DNA of 64,000 nt from a virus (taxonomy: Duplodnaviria; Caudoviricetes), in IMG/VR virus record IMGVR_UViG_3300017780_003104, positions 64,001 to 128,000 of that record; one strand, written 5' to 3'. Of the stretch, positions 49,774 to 58,744 are shown one piece after another. Made by a program: the position numbers and the translations under genes. The stretch's first letter is position 1; every line of letters starts with the position of its first letter. The notes beneath the pieces are model-generated. The model was not told where the DNA came from and searched no databases. It saw nothing but the letters and a program-made list of their open reading frames with translations.

Positions 49774-50309
49774 GCAATGAATGGCACGGCGGTAAGGGTA
49801 GTAAATCTAGAGTGTCTGATATGAAGTCATATTGGAATAGTTCACTTTGGGATAAAAGTAATACAGAAAAAAAAGATATGACAGAAATAAAAAGATTCTT
49901 ATTTTTAGATGATGTGAGAGATGTGCCACATGCATATCTATGGGATGATAATATATCGTTATTATCTAAATCTGGAATTCCTGCTTATAAATGGGATATC
50001 GTAAGATCTTACGATGAATTTGTAAGTTATATTGATTTAAAGGGAATACCAGATGTTGTTAGTTTTGATAATGATTTGTGGGATGTTTCACATGAACTTG
50101 CTACAAATCCTAGTAGTGAAGAACTCACAAAACAATTCTTGATGGAAGGTTGGGAAGACTTTTCAATTAAAACCGGAGCACACTGCGCGGAGTATTTGGT
50201 GGCTGCGTGTAAATTAAAAAATACTCCAATACCAACTTACTATGTCCATTCTGCGAATGGAACTGCAAGACCAATAATTAGAAAGATTTTAGAAAATGGG
50301 AAATTATAA
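49770..50309 (+). CDS. Cyclic-phosphate-processing receiver-like (cREC) domain protein
   Basis: LFLDDVR, VRSYDEF, VSFDNDL, KTG..CA.YL, VHSAN..R motifs. Confidence 0.8.
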   Translation: MSNEWHGGKGSKSRVSDMKSYWNSSLWDKSNTEKKDMTEIKRFLFLDDVRDVPHAYLWDDNISLLSKSGIPAYKWDIVRSYDEFVSYIDLKGIPDVVSFDNDLWDVSHELATNPSSEELTKQFLMEGWEDFSIKTGAHCAEYLVAACKLKNTPIPTYYVHSANGTARPIIRKILENGKL

Positions 50310-51024
50310 ATTTAGATCAAATGAAATAATATTACTTGGGGATACTCATAGTACGAGTGTTGTTCGGGATATAATTGCAACAAGAATCCCAGATGGGAGC
50401 GATATCATTCATTTGGGTGATGTTGGTCTTGGATTTGGAGACTTGTCATATTCTATCGATAACGCACTATCATGGCTTGGTATTTTCAATAAGCTATGTA
50501 GTAAACTTAACATTAATCTATACCTAATTCGCGGTAATCATGATAATACATCATTGAAGATTTGGGACTCTAAGTGGTCTAATGTCTTTTTGATCCATAA
50601 CAATGCCTATGCAACTTTCCCGAATGGAAAGAAGGTATTGTTTCTTGGTGGTGGTATAAGTATTGATAGAATTATAAGAACTCTCGATAATGATTATTGG
50701 GTCGATGAAGCTACACATCCCATTGAGACTGTTGAAAAATGTGATATCATATTTTCTCATGATTGTCCAGAAATCTTCAATCACTCATCTCATACTATTC
50801 CAACTCATTGGAAGACATATAATGACAAAGATGTGACATTATATGATGATTGCGTTAATCAACGTAAAGTGATAGGTGATATAGTGAATAAATCGGAAGC
50901 GTCTACTATATTTTATGGACATTTCCATAACCGGATCAGACAACAAATAGACGGTGTATACGCTCGTTGTGTGGATATAAACGAATTGGAATTTTTTGAT
51001 GCTAACAAAACATACACGATATGA
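50296..51024 (+). CDS. Calcineurin-like metallophosphoesterase
   Basis: GDTH, GDVG, GNHD, SHD, GHFH. Confidence 0.88.
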   Translation: MGNYKFRSNEIILLGDTHSTSVVRDIIATRIPDGSDIIHLGDVGLGFGDLSYSIDNALSWLGIFNKLCSKLNINLYLIRGNHDNTSLKIWDSKWSNVFLIHNNAYATFPNGKKVLFLGGGISIDRIIRTLDNDYWVDEATHPIETVEKCDIIFSHDCPEIFNHSSHTIPTHWKTYNDKDVTLYDDCVNQRKVIGDIVNKSEASTIFYGHFHNRIRQQIDGVYARCVDINELEFFDANKTYTI

Positions 51025-51593
51025 AAAAGAAATTATTTTTAGATTTTGATAATACATTGGCACACTCGCTATATGCTTCCAATAAAAAACATGCAGATGA
51101 TTTAATTTACGAGTATGGTGAGGTGTTTGAAGGTGAAAAATTCCATCTTAGGGGTGATGGGTGGATGACTACATTTAAAAGATCATGGACTGACGAACTT
51201 CTAAGATTCTCTAGAGAATTATACGGTGAGGATAATGTATATATTTTAACAACTGGAACAGTAGACTACATCGGATGGTGTAATGTTGTATTAAAATTGG
51301 AATTTGATCCTAATACGAATATTTTCGGTAGAGAGGATATAGTCAGACAAGATATTCATCCAAAATTCGTAGATACATTCAATGTATTAGTCGATGATCT
51401 GTTATACTATGATCATAGTATAGGTGATAGGTGTAAGGTAAATTTCCTAAACAAGATACCACCAGAACAATTCATTAACGTGGAGTATTTTAGTGTGCAT
51501 CAAACATCAACCCTAATAAGTGATAAGGATTATATCAAAGAACTCAAATGTAGAATTGTAGAAGCATTCGAATCAATTAAAACCGAAATATAA
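51021..51593 (+). CDS. HAD-superfamily phosphatase (NIF/FCP1-like)
   Basis: LFLDFDNTL motif I; LVDD motif IV. Confidence 0.75.
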   Translation: MKKKLFLDFDNTLAHSLYASNKKHADDLIYEYGEVFEGEKFHLRGDGWMTTFKRSWTDELLRFSRELYGEDNVYILTTGTVDYIGWCNVVLKLEFDPNTNIFGREDIVRQDIHPKFVDTFNVLVDDLLYYDHSIGDRCKVNFLNKIPPEQFINVEYFSVHQTSTLISDKDYIKELKCRIVEAFESIKTEI

Positions 51594-51594
51594 T
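51573..51594 (+). promoter_or_regulatory. Box promoter
   Basis: TCAATTAAAACCGAAA-TATAAT-N6-ATG51601. Confidence 0.85.
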
Positions 51595-51600
51595 TGCGAC

Positions 51601-51789
51601 ATGATCAAAGAACTATTACGAGAAATTAAGGAAACTTGGGGATATGAGACTGAGGAGTTGAATGATATCCGAGAAAAAATGGAAGAAGTAGGACATTCAT
51701 ATTTTTGGATGGGTTATGGTGAACGAACAGAGGAAATGCGAGAAGCTTCTGTATTTACAGGATACGGAAAACCGGAAGACTTTGAATAA
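51601..51789 (+). CDS. Hypothetical protein
   Basis: 62 aa; box promoter N6-ATG. Confidence 0.65.
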   Translation: MIKELLREIKETWGYETEELNDIREKMEEVGHSYFWMGYGERTEEMREASVFTGYGKPEDFE

Positions 51790-52019
51790 TGAGTGCTAAG
51801 AAAAAAACCAAAACTATGGTTAACGAGGATTTATATGAACAGGATGAAACCTTGATAGCTTTGAAAGAGAGATATTTCAAACTTCTACGACAAGAGAATT
51901 ATCCAAAGACTAAGCAACTAACAAACACATTAGATAAATTGGAAGTCGCTATAAATTCAAGAAAATTAGAAATTGTCACAAACAAGGGAAAGGAAACAAT
52001 ACCAGATGAAATTACCTGA
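51789..52019 (+). CDS. Hypothetical protein
   Basis: 76-aa coupled ORF. Confidence 0.55.
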   Translation: MSAKKKTKTMVNEDLYEQDETLIALKERYFKLLRQENYPKTKQLTNTLDKLEVAINSRKLEIVTNKGKETIPDEIT

Positions 52020-52401
52020 ACTCACCGGAAGAATATATAAACCATTTGATATATACGGTTGGGTCATGTGTATTCTTGGATTATCACTACTCTGTAAATT
52101 TGGAGGGGTTGGTTGGTTATTCGGAACCGATAAAAATTGGTGGTTATTCGCCTTTACCTTCTTTATTTTTATGGAATTCGCACTCCGAGTCGCATTGGGG
52201 AGAATTTATAAATTTGTTTATTATGATACTATTTTAAATGACATGTATGAATTGGATATTTCCGGCGAGCAATTCTTCGTATGTGCGGCTGGTTTAGACG
52301 AACTGAATTTATATATGGAAACAATACATCCAACACTAGAATATAAGATTGTGAATGATACTTTAGTTGAATCATTCGTAAAAACAGAACAACACCAATG
52401 A
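52006..52401 (+). CDS. Hypothetical membrane protein
   Basis: Two hydrophobic segments; likely start MKLPEL. Confidence 0.6.
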   Translation: MKLPELTGRIYKPFDIYGWVMCILGLSLLCKFGGVGWLFGTDKNWWLFAFTFFIFMEFALRVALGRIYKFVYYDTILNDMYELDISGEQFFVCAAGLDELNLYMETIHPTLEYKIVNDTLVESFVKTEQHQ

Positions 52402-52943
52402 AAAATTTTAAAGGAGATTTATTAGAATCTAATTGTGATATGCTTGTACATTGTGCCAATTTATATCATACGTTTGGATCGGGAATCGCTTATTTCATTA
52501 AGAGGAAATTCCCAGAGGCTTATCAAGCTGACCTAGAAACTGAAAACGGCTGTGAAAGTAGATTAGGGACATATTCCAAAGCGAGTATATCCAATAACAG
52601 AGTTCTCTATAATTTGTATGCTATGGTTGGTATTGGTAACTCAGGACATCCAATAGATAGAAATCTATCATATGACCATTTTTATAATGGTTTATATAAT
52701 GTTTGTGTCGATGCTATGCATAGTTATAAAGGTATCACACCACTTGTAGTGGGAGTCCCAAAATATATAGGATGTGCTAGGGCTGGTGGTAATTGGACTA
52801 TTGTTGAAACTATTCTAAATGAAATCGAAAGTGAATTTGAAGATAAAATTGAGATTCATGTATATGAACTAGAGGAACCGGAGGTGAACCCTAAAAGCAC
52901 CTTGCCACAAAATTTTAATCCAAATCTTGGTATTTTTTACTAA
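52398..52943 (+). CDS. Macro domain protein (ADP-ribose binding/hydrolase)
   Basis: KGDLL, VHCANL.HTFGSGIA..I..KFP, PKYIGCARAGG.W. Confidence 0.88.
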   Translation: MKNFKGDLLESNCDMLVHCANLYHTFGSGIAYFIKRKFPEAYQADLETENGCESRLGTYSKASISNNRVLYNLYAMVGIGNSGHPIDRNLSYDHFYNGLYNVCVDAMHSYKGITPLVVGVPKYIGCARAGGNWTIVETILNEIESEFEDKIEIHVYELEEPEVNPKSTLPQNFNPNLGIFY

Positions 52944-52951
52944 GCCGAATT

Positions 52952-53221
52952 ATGAAAATTAACATAAGTCCGACTAGTGGTGATATAACTATATTTGCTG
53001 AATCTAGTGATTCCTTTAATAGTTTTGGTGGGGAGTATTGGGATGATATATCACATTATGCTGAATATGGCTTAGATTTAGGTGATATATCAATCAATAG
53101 CATATCACCTAAGCAATTTAAACAGTTGGCGATTTCTATGATCAATCATCTCATGATTAATGGTCATGATTTTTCAATTGGTGATGATGTAAATGGATCA
53201 TATATTAGATCCATTAATTAA
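52952..53221 (+). CDS. Hypothetical protein
   Basis: 89-aa ORF. Confidence 0.55.
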   Translation: MKINISPTSGDITIFAESSDSFNSFGGEYWDDISHYAEYGLDLGDISINSISPKQFKQLAISMINHLMINGHDFSIGDDVNGSYIRSIN

Positions 53222-53235
53222 AACCGAAGTATACT
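53214..53235 (+). promoter_or_regulatory. Box promoter
   Basis: TTAATTAAAACCGAAG-TATACT-N6-ATG53242. Confidence 0.85.
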
Positions 53236-53241
53236 ATACCC

Positions 53242-54345
53242 ATGAGATTACCCACACTTTATTCCCGAACAAATACCGGAGCAGTCCAAACATGGACAGT
53301 TGAAATCCAAGGCGACTCATATAGAACCATTCATGGTCAATTAGATGGTAAATTACAAATCACTGAGTGGACTGTTTGTATTGTCACTAATGAAGGTCGT
53401 GCTAATGAGAGAAATCCCGAGCAACAGAGTATATTCGAATCTACTGCGATGTTCACTAAAAAGAAAGATACTGGATACTTTGAAAGACTTGAAGATATCG
53501 ATACATCTTTTTATGTTGAACCCATGCTTGCTAAAAAGTGGGAAGATCGTAAAGACAAGGTAAAATTTCCTGTATATTGTCAACCAAAACTTGATGGTAT
53601 GCGAGCAGTTATCACTAGAAATGGTGCTAAGTCTCGTAATGGTAAACCTTGGGTGACTATTCCACACATTTTAGAAGCATTAGAACCTGTCTTTGACAAG
53701 TATCCAGACTTGGTATTGGATGGTGAACTATATAACCATGATTTGAAGTTTGACTTTAATAAGATTTCGTCTTTGATTAAGAAGACGAAACCAACGCCAC
53801 AGGATTTGGAAGAAAGTGCTAAACTTGTGCAATTCTGGTGGTATGATACAGCTAGTGATAAACACACATTTACTCAACGTGCTAGTTGGATTAATACTTT
53901 ACATGATCGTTATGAATTGGATGAGTGTATTCAAATGGTATGCACCCATAAAGTGAGAGATAATAGTGAACTTGATGCATGGTATGATACATATCTCGCA
54001 CATGGCTATGAAGGTCAAATGATTCGTCTTGATACACCTTATGAATTTAAGCGTTCTGCCAATCTTCTCAAGAGAAAAGAGTTTCAAGATGAAGAGTATA
54101 AGATTCTCGATATCGTGGAAGGTGTTGGTAATCGTGCGGGATTAGCTGGTGCTATGGTTTTTGAAAATGAACTAGGACACCAATTCAATTCCAATATTAA
54201 GGGGGATAGAAAATATCTAAAAGAATTGTTGGTATATGCAGATTCATATATTGGGAAATTGGCAACAGTTGTATTCTTTAATAAAACTCCCGATAGGCAA
54301 ATTCCACGTTTCCCATTCGTTCATAGTATCCGCGATTTTGAATAA
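53242..54345 (+). CDS. ATP-dependent DNA ligase
   Basis: Motif I QPKLDGMR, LDGELY, EGQMIR, RS..LLKRK, PRFP. Confidence 0.95.
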   Translation: MRLPTLYSRTNTGAVQTWTVEIQGDSYRTIHGQLDGKLQITEWTVCIVTNEGRANERNPEQQSIFESTAMFTKKKDTGYFERLEDIDTSFYVEPMLAKKWEDRKDKVKFPVYCQPKLDGMRAVITRNGAKSRNGKPWVTIPHILEALEPVFDKYPDLVLDGELYNHDLKFDFNKISSLIKKTKPTPQDLEESAKLVQFWWYDTASDKHTFTQRASWINTLHDRYELDECIQMVCTHKVRDNSELDAWYDTYLAHGYEGQMIRLDTPYEFKRSANLLKRKEFQDEEYKILDIVEGVGNRAGLAGAMVFENELGHQFNSNIKGDRKYLKELLVYADSYIGKLATVVFFNKTPDRQIPRFPFVHSIRDFE

Positions 54346-54354
54346 ATGTGGAAA

Positions 54355-54391
54355 TCTTGGTATCTGAGACTAAATAGTTTCATGGCCAAGA
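54355..54391 (+). promoter_or_regulatory. Hairpin with late promoter in the loop, sequestering the endonuclease start codon
   Basis: TCTTGG..TGAGACT-AAAT-AGTTTCA-TGG-CCAAGA; ATG 54382 lies in the 3' arm. Confidence 0.6.
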
Positions 54392-55104
54392 AAAAATATG
54401 ATCATATATTAATAGAAGACGTAATCAAAGAATATGTAGAAGACTTATACTCCACCATTCAACTAGCAGAGAAATATAATGTTAGTGAATGGTGGATAGC
54501 TGATAGGTTGAAAAAAGCTGGAGTAAAAATAAGAAACCGTGGAGGTGGAGTTCATATGGTGGATATATCTGGAGAACGATTCGGATATTATACAGTAATA
54601 AACAAATTAGAAAAGGAGAATAATAATAGAGGTGCAATATGGCAGGTAGTATGTGACTGTGGTAATGTTCGTGAGGTTCTTAGTTATCACCTAAGATCTG
54701 GAGAATCGAAATCATGTGGAGATTGTTTAGAACATCATAATTGGAAAGGTGTTGGTGAGATGAGTGGAAATGATTTCGCTAATATTCGAAGAGGCGCAGA
54801 GAAACGAAATATGATATTTGATATAAGTAAGGAATATGTATGGGACTTATATTTAAAACAAGATAAAAAATGCGCTTTAACTGGATTAGATATAAGATTT
54901 GTGAGAGGATATGAAAACCATAGGAAAGCAGCAAAAACAGCATCTCTAGATAGAATAAATTCAAAATTGGGATATGTCAAGGGTAATGTTCAATGGATTC
55001 ATAAAGTGGTGAATATTATGAAATGGCACTTGGATGAAGATTACTTTATAGAAATGTGTAGAAAAGTAGTAGAATATAACGAAAGTGAAATCTCTATTAA
55101 TTAA
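54382..55104 (+). mobile_element. Free-standing homing endonuclease (His-Me finger/HNH-like)
   Basis: HTH N-terminus, VCDCG..SCGDC, CALTG, SLDRINSKLGYVKGNVQWIH..N.MK; own TAAATA-N5-ATG. Confidence 0.82.
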
Positions 55105-55118
55105 AACCGAAATACAAT
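55097..55118 (+). promoter_or_regulatory. Box promoter
   Basis: TTAATTAAAACCGAAA-TACAAT-N6-ATG55125. Confidence 0.85.
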
Positions 55119-55124
55119 ATCGAT

Positions 55125-55751
55125 ATGGTAGAATACCCATCAATACAGAATAGTTCAAAAGCCCCCCGTAAAGAATGTATAGCATTCGATAAACTTGATG
55201 GGTCTAATTTTAGAGCTAAATGGACTAAGAAACAAGGATTCTCTACGTTTGGAACTAGAACACAGTTGATAGATGAAACTACACCTTTTTGGTGTGATAT
55301 GGTTTATCGATTTAAGAATAATCTTAGCGAAACTTTAGAGAAGCTTATTCTTAAGGAATATCAAAATGAAAGAGAAGTGATAGTATTCGGTGAATATTTC
55401 GGGGAAAATAGTTTCGCTGGGAGGCACGAAGAAGAAGACCATAAAATTGTAGTATTCGATGTTTTAGTAGGACATAAGAATCGAAAATTTATTAAACCTA
55501 GAGATTTTGTAAAATTACTTTCAGATAAGATTGAGATACCTAGAATAGTTTATGAGGGTAATCTAAATGATGATCTTATTAAGAGAGTCAGATCAGATGA
55601 ATTTAATACCTTTGAGGGAGTTATCTGTAAAGGAACACAATCGGTAGGCAATGCTATGGGTGGTATATGGATGGCTAAGATTAAAACACAAAAATACCTA
55701 GATAGTCTTAAAACTAGATTTGGAGAAGATTGGGTGAAATACGCAGAATAA
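55125..55751 (+). CDS. RNA ligase (Rnl2-like nucleotidyltransferase, minimal)
   Basis: KLDGSN, FGEYFG, FDV, EGVI, AKIK motifs. Confidence 0.8.
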   Translation: MVEYPSIQNSSKAPRKECIAFDKLDGSNFRAKWTKKQGFSTFGTRTQLIDETTPFWCDMVYRFKNNLSETLEKLILKEYQNEREVIVFGEYFGENSFAGRHEEEDHKIVVFDVLVGHKNRKFIKPRDFVKLLSDKIEIPRIVYEGNLNDDLIKRVRSDEFNTFEGVICKGTQSVGNAMGGIWMAKIKTQKYLDSLKTRFGEDWVKYAE

Positions 55752-55756
55752 AAAAT

Positions 55757-55972
55757 ATGAGAAAATTAGAAACGACTAAGATGGAGTGGATTTCTGTAGA
55801 AGATGGATTACCGCCAAATTATGAAAGAGGTGGTGGATTTAAATATTATCTAGTTAGACTTGATGAATATTATCCAAATTTTGATAGAGGAATTTTGATA
55901 GATGGTGAATGGTGTCCCGATTTCACTATGATCTTTAAAACTAAGGTTACTCATTGGTGTGATGTTCCATGA
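55757..55972 (+). CDS. DUF551-like small protein
   Basis: MEWISVEDGLP...VTHW. Confidence 0.65.
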   Translation: MRKLETTKMEWISVEDGLPPNYERGGGFKYYLVRLDEYYPNFDRGILIDGEWCPDFTMIFKTKVTHWCDVP

Positions 55973-56151
55973 TGGAAACCGATCCATACAAACTCAAAAG
56001 AATCTACGCAAAACGCTTGATGAATGCCAAGGGTTATGTTATGTTTTGGGAGATTCATGTCAAAAAGCATCCAGATACATTTGCACTTAATATGCTGGAA
56101 GTGGCTAAAAAAATATTACTAAAAACAGAAAAGGAAATAGATAAACTATGA
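55969..56151 (+). CDS. Hypothetical protein
   Basis: 60-aa coupled ORF. Confidence 0.55.
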   Translation: MMETDPYKLKRIYAKRLMNAKGYVMFWEIHVKKHPDTFALNMLEVAKKILLKTEKEIDKL

Positions 56152-56387
56152 TTATAAATTCAATATCAGGGGATGACAATATCAATAAAGTTTTAAACGC
56201 ATCTTTATATGCCACCTTAAAGACATTAACTGCCGAAAAATATATAACTCCCGAACAGTCGAAGGAATTTGGGGAAAATTACGTTGCGGTCTTTGTAAAG
56301 AAGGACGGAGGATTTGTTGAATGGATGAAAGCTAAATTTGGAAAAACTTCTGATATGGTTGTAGTGATGAAAACGTTTGTTGATTAA
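56148..56387 (+). CDS. Hypothetical protein
   Basis: 79-aa coupled ORF. Confidence 0.55.
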   Translation: MIINSISGDDNINKVLNASLYATLKTLTAEKYITPEQSKEFGENYVAVFVKKDGGFVEWMKAKFGKTSDMVVVMKTFVD

Positions 56388-56401
56388 AACCGAAATATAA
56401 T
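56380..56401 (+). promoter_or_regulatory. Box promoter
   Basis: TTGATTAAAACCGAAA-TATAAT-N6-ATG56408. Confidence 0.85.
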
Positions 56402-56407
56402 CGCACC

Positions 56408-56626
56408 ATGAAAAGAAGTTTTTGGTTCCATTATAATAAGCCTGAATCCCGTAAAGTGGGAAAGCCTCAGATTACCGTTCACTATATGGGTGCTTGTCAC
56501 ATAGTTGACAATTTAAAATGTAATGTTCCAATAGCTGGAAAGCTTAGAAAGACACAACCCTTTTGGGTTATAGCTGGGAAAACATCTTCCATCGAATTTG
56601 AAGATGGATTAGCAACTATTAATTAA
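56408..56626 (+). CDS. Hypothetical protein
   Basis: 72 aa; flanked by two box promoters. Confidence 0.7.
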   Translation: MKRSFWFHYNKPESRKVGKPQITVHYMGACHIVDNLKCNVPIAGKLRKTQPFWVIAGKTSSIEFEDGLATIN

Positions 56627-56640
56627 AACCGAAATATAAT
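56619..56640 (+). promoter_or_regulatory. Box promoter
   Basis: TTAATTAAAACCGAAA-TATAAT-N6-ATG56647. Confidence 0.85.
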
Positions 56641-56646
56641 CACACT

Positions 56647-58029
56647 ATGAAATTGAAAATCACAGAAGGAGCAGATCCAAATTATTTGGCAACTGTTGTA
56701 AAAGTTCCCACTATTAAGGAACATCCAAATGCTGATAAATTGGAAATTGTCGATGTTTTTGGTAATTCTATTATTATTGGTAAGGGTTCTTACACTGAAG
56801 GTGAACTCGTTGTTTACTTTCCAATCGAGAGTGCCATTTCTCTTAAGTTTTTGTCTTGGGCAAACCTAAGAGATAGTGCCGAAATGAATGCAGATGGTAA
56901 GACTAAGGGTTTCTTTGGAAAACATGGCCGAGTCAAGGCTATTAGTCTTAGAAGCATTCCATCACAAGGCTTTCTATTTAAAGTATCTGAACTAGTAAAA
57001 TATTATGAAATTGATGAAAACACGTTTAATCTTGGGGATACTTTTGATACTGTCGGTGATGATATCTTGGTTAAGAAATATATTAAAGGAACCGACAGAG
57101 GACAAGGTGAACAAAACGTAAAGAAGACCCGTGTTCCGAAATGGTTAGATAAGACCATTGGAGTTATGCCAAGACCTATTCGTAGAAATGCTTATATTTT
57201 TATTAATTCTTGGTATAATCGAAATAGCGAAGGTATTAAATCTCAAATCGTAGATGGAGAATTTAGATTCCACTACAAGACAGAACAACTTGGCCGAAAT
57301 ATTTTCATATTGAAGCCTGAAGATTCTATAACTATATCTAGTAAGATGCATGGAACTTCTGCAATCTTATCTAATATCGTTTGTAAGAAACCATTCAATC
57401 CAATTAGAAGTATTGGAAATAAATTTGGTGCGAAGATTCCATCGACTGAATATAAATTTGTGTATAGTTCAAGGTCTGTATTGAAAAATCGTCGTGATGG
57501 AAAATTTACAGACGATGTTTGGGGTATTATTGCGTCTGAATTAAAGGATGAAATTCCAGAAGGTTATACTGTATATGGCGAAATTGTGGGGTATACTCCC
57601 GGTGGTGCTATGGTTCAGAAGAATTACGATTATGGTATAACTAGGGGTAAGTGTGAATTTTTTGTATATCGAATCACATATAATCTATCCGATGGAAAGG
57701 TTAAGGAATTGGAATGGTATGAAATCGAAGAATTTTGTTATGAGCATGGTATGAGGAATGTTAAGGTTTATTACAATGGTTTGGCAAGTGATCTATTTGA
57801 TATTCCACTTGATAATGATTGGCATGAAACCTTTTTATCTAAACTCAAAGATAATCACCTTGATAATGTTTGTGAACAATGCACCACAGGTTCTATTAAT
57901 GAGGGTATTGTTCTTAGAATTGAAAGTAGTGAAAAGAAAACTGCATTAAAATTTAAAAGTCCTAAGTTCTTGATTCAAGAGTCGGCAGCAAGAGATAATA
58001 ACGAGGAAGACATGGAGGACGATAGTTAA
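56647..58029 (+). CDS. RNA ligase, DRB0094-like family
   Basis: N-terminal IKEHPNADKLE..G..VVYFP..S, KMHGTS motif I, YGEIVG, EGIVLR. Confidence 0.85.
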   Translation: MKLKITEGADPNYLATVVKVPTIKEHPNADKLEIVDVFGNSIIIGKGSYTEGELVVYFPIESAISLKFLSWANLRDSAEMNADGKTKGFFGKHGRVKAISLRSIPSQGFLFKVSELVKYYEIDENTFNLGDTFDTVGDDILVKKYIKGTDRGQGEQNVKKTRVPKWLDKTIGVMPRPIRRNAYIFINSWYNRNSEGIKSQIVDGEFRFHYKTEQLGRNIFILKPEDSITISSKMHGTSAILSNIVCKKPFNPIRSIGNKFGAKIPSTEYKFVYSSRSVLKNRRDGKFTDDVWGIIASELKDEIPEGYTVYGEIVGYTPGGAMVQKNYDYGITRGKCEFFVYRITYNLSDGKVKELEWYEIEEFCYEHGMRNVKVYYNGLASDLFDIPLDNDWHETFLSKLKDNHLDNVCEQCTTGSINEGIVLRIESSEKKTALKFKSPKFLIQESAARDNNEEDMEDDS

Positions 58030-58033
58030 AATT

Positions 58034-58147
58034 ATGATAGAACAAATTATTAGAGGATTATTTGGATGTATAGGTGCAACAATTACATTGTATTGCTTAT
58101 GTACAGTATATACAAAACATATAAAGAAAGAGGATGATGAAATCTGA
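58034..58147 (+). CDS. Small membrane protein (37 aa, not in ORF track)
   Basis: MIEQIIRGLFGCIGATITLYCLCTVYTKHIKKEDDEI; fills the gap between two genes. Confidence 0.5.
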   Translation: MIEQIIRGLFGCIGATITLYCLCTVYTKHIKKEDDEI

Positions 58148-58724
58148 AGATTACGGATATATAGTGAAGAATAACTTGTGCCTTTTTCAAAAAGGTCCAC
58201 TATCTCAATGGTGGGGCGGTTTTAAAGGACAGGATTCATCTTTTAAGGTTGATATAAATGAATTATATAGTTATTATACTGGTGACAATAGTGGATTACT
58301 AAGTAATATCTCAAGGGAATATAAACACTTATATTTTAATTGTTGTGAGCAATGGATGATGGCATGTAAGGCTATTTTATTTGATGATGTTGATACCTTT
58401 AAATTGATAATGGATGAAAAATCACCATCTAAACAGAAAAATTTAGGCAGAGTCGTATCAAACTATGATCAAGAAGTTTGGGAGATTTATAAATACAGTA
58501 TTGTTCTCCGAGGTAATGAACATAAATTTGAACAAAATCCAGAATTGAAAGAATTCTTAATGAGTTTCAATTATTTTACTATATTTGCCGAAGCTGCGCC
58601 ATGGGATAAAGTTTGGGGAATTGGTCTAGGTCCAGAAGACCCCAAATCATTAGATATTAATACATGGCAAGGTGAGAATCTTTTAGGTAAAGTATTAATG
58701 GATGTGAGACGTAGTATTGATTAA
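58134..58724 (+). CDS. NADAR family protein (YbiA-like)
   Basis: LSQW, EQWMM..KA.LF.D, KNLGR.V, GNEHKF.QN, EAAPWD.VWGIG, G.NLLG..LM. Confidence 0.92.
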   Translation: MMKSEDYGYIVKNNLCLFQKGPLSQWWGGFKGQDSSFKVDINELYSYYTGDNSGLLSNISREYKHLYFNCCEQWMMACKAILFDDVDTFKLIMDEKSPSKQKNLGRVVSNYDQEVWEIYKYSIVLRGNEHKFEQNPELKEFLMSFNYFTIFAEAAPWDKVWGIGLGPEDPKSLDINTWQGENLLGKVLMDVRRSID

Positions 58725-58738
58725 AACCGAATTATAAT
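58717..58738 (+). promoter_or_regulatory. Box promoter
   Basis: TTGATTAAAACCGAAT-TATAAT-N6-ATG58745. Confidence 0.85.
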
Positions 58739-58744
58739 AACGAT

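Larger units (their letters stand above)
18922..54376 (+). promoter_or_regulatory. 13 T4-type late promoter cores (TAAATA) 5-6 nt before plus-strand starts
   Basis: Hexamers at 18922, 23169, 24817, 25316, 33096, 33730, 36181, 36825, 38951, 40741, 45440, 47311, 54371; also 31301 (N10) and 44233 (N18). Confidence 0.85.

Noticed and set aside
50163-50184. Box-like TCAATTAAAACCGGAG-CACACT inside the cREC gene
   Set aside because: It encodes conserved SIKTG residues, has a poor -10 and no start codon at N6.
52941-52956. Degenerate box TAAGCCGAAT-TATGAA
   Set aside because: Only half the box matches and the ATG lies inside the putative -10; at best a relic.
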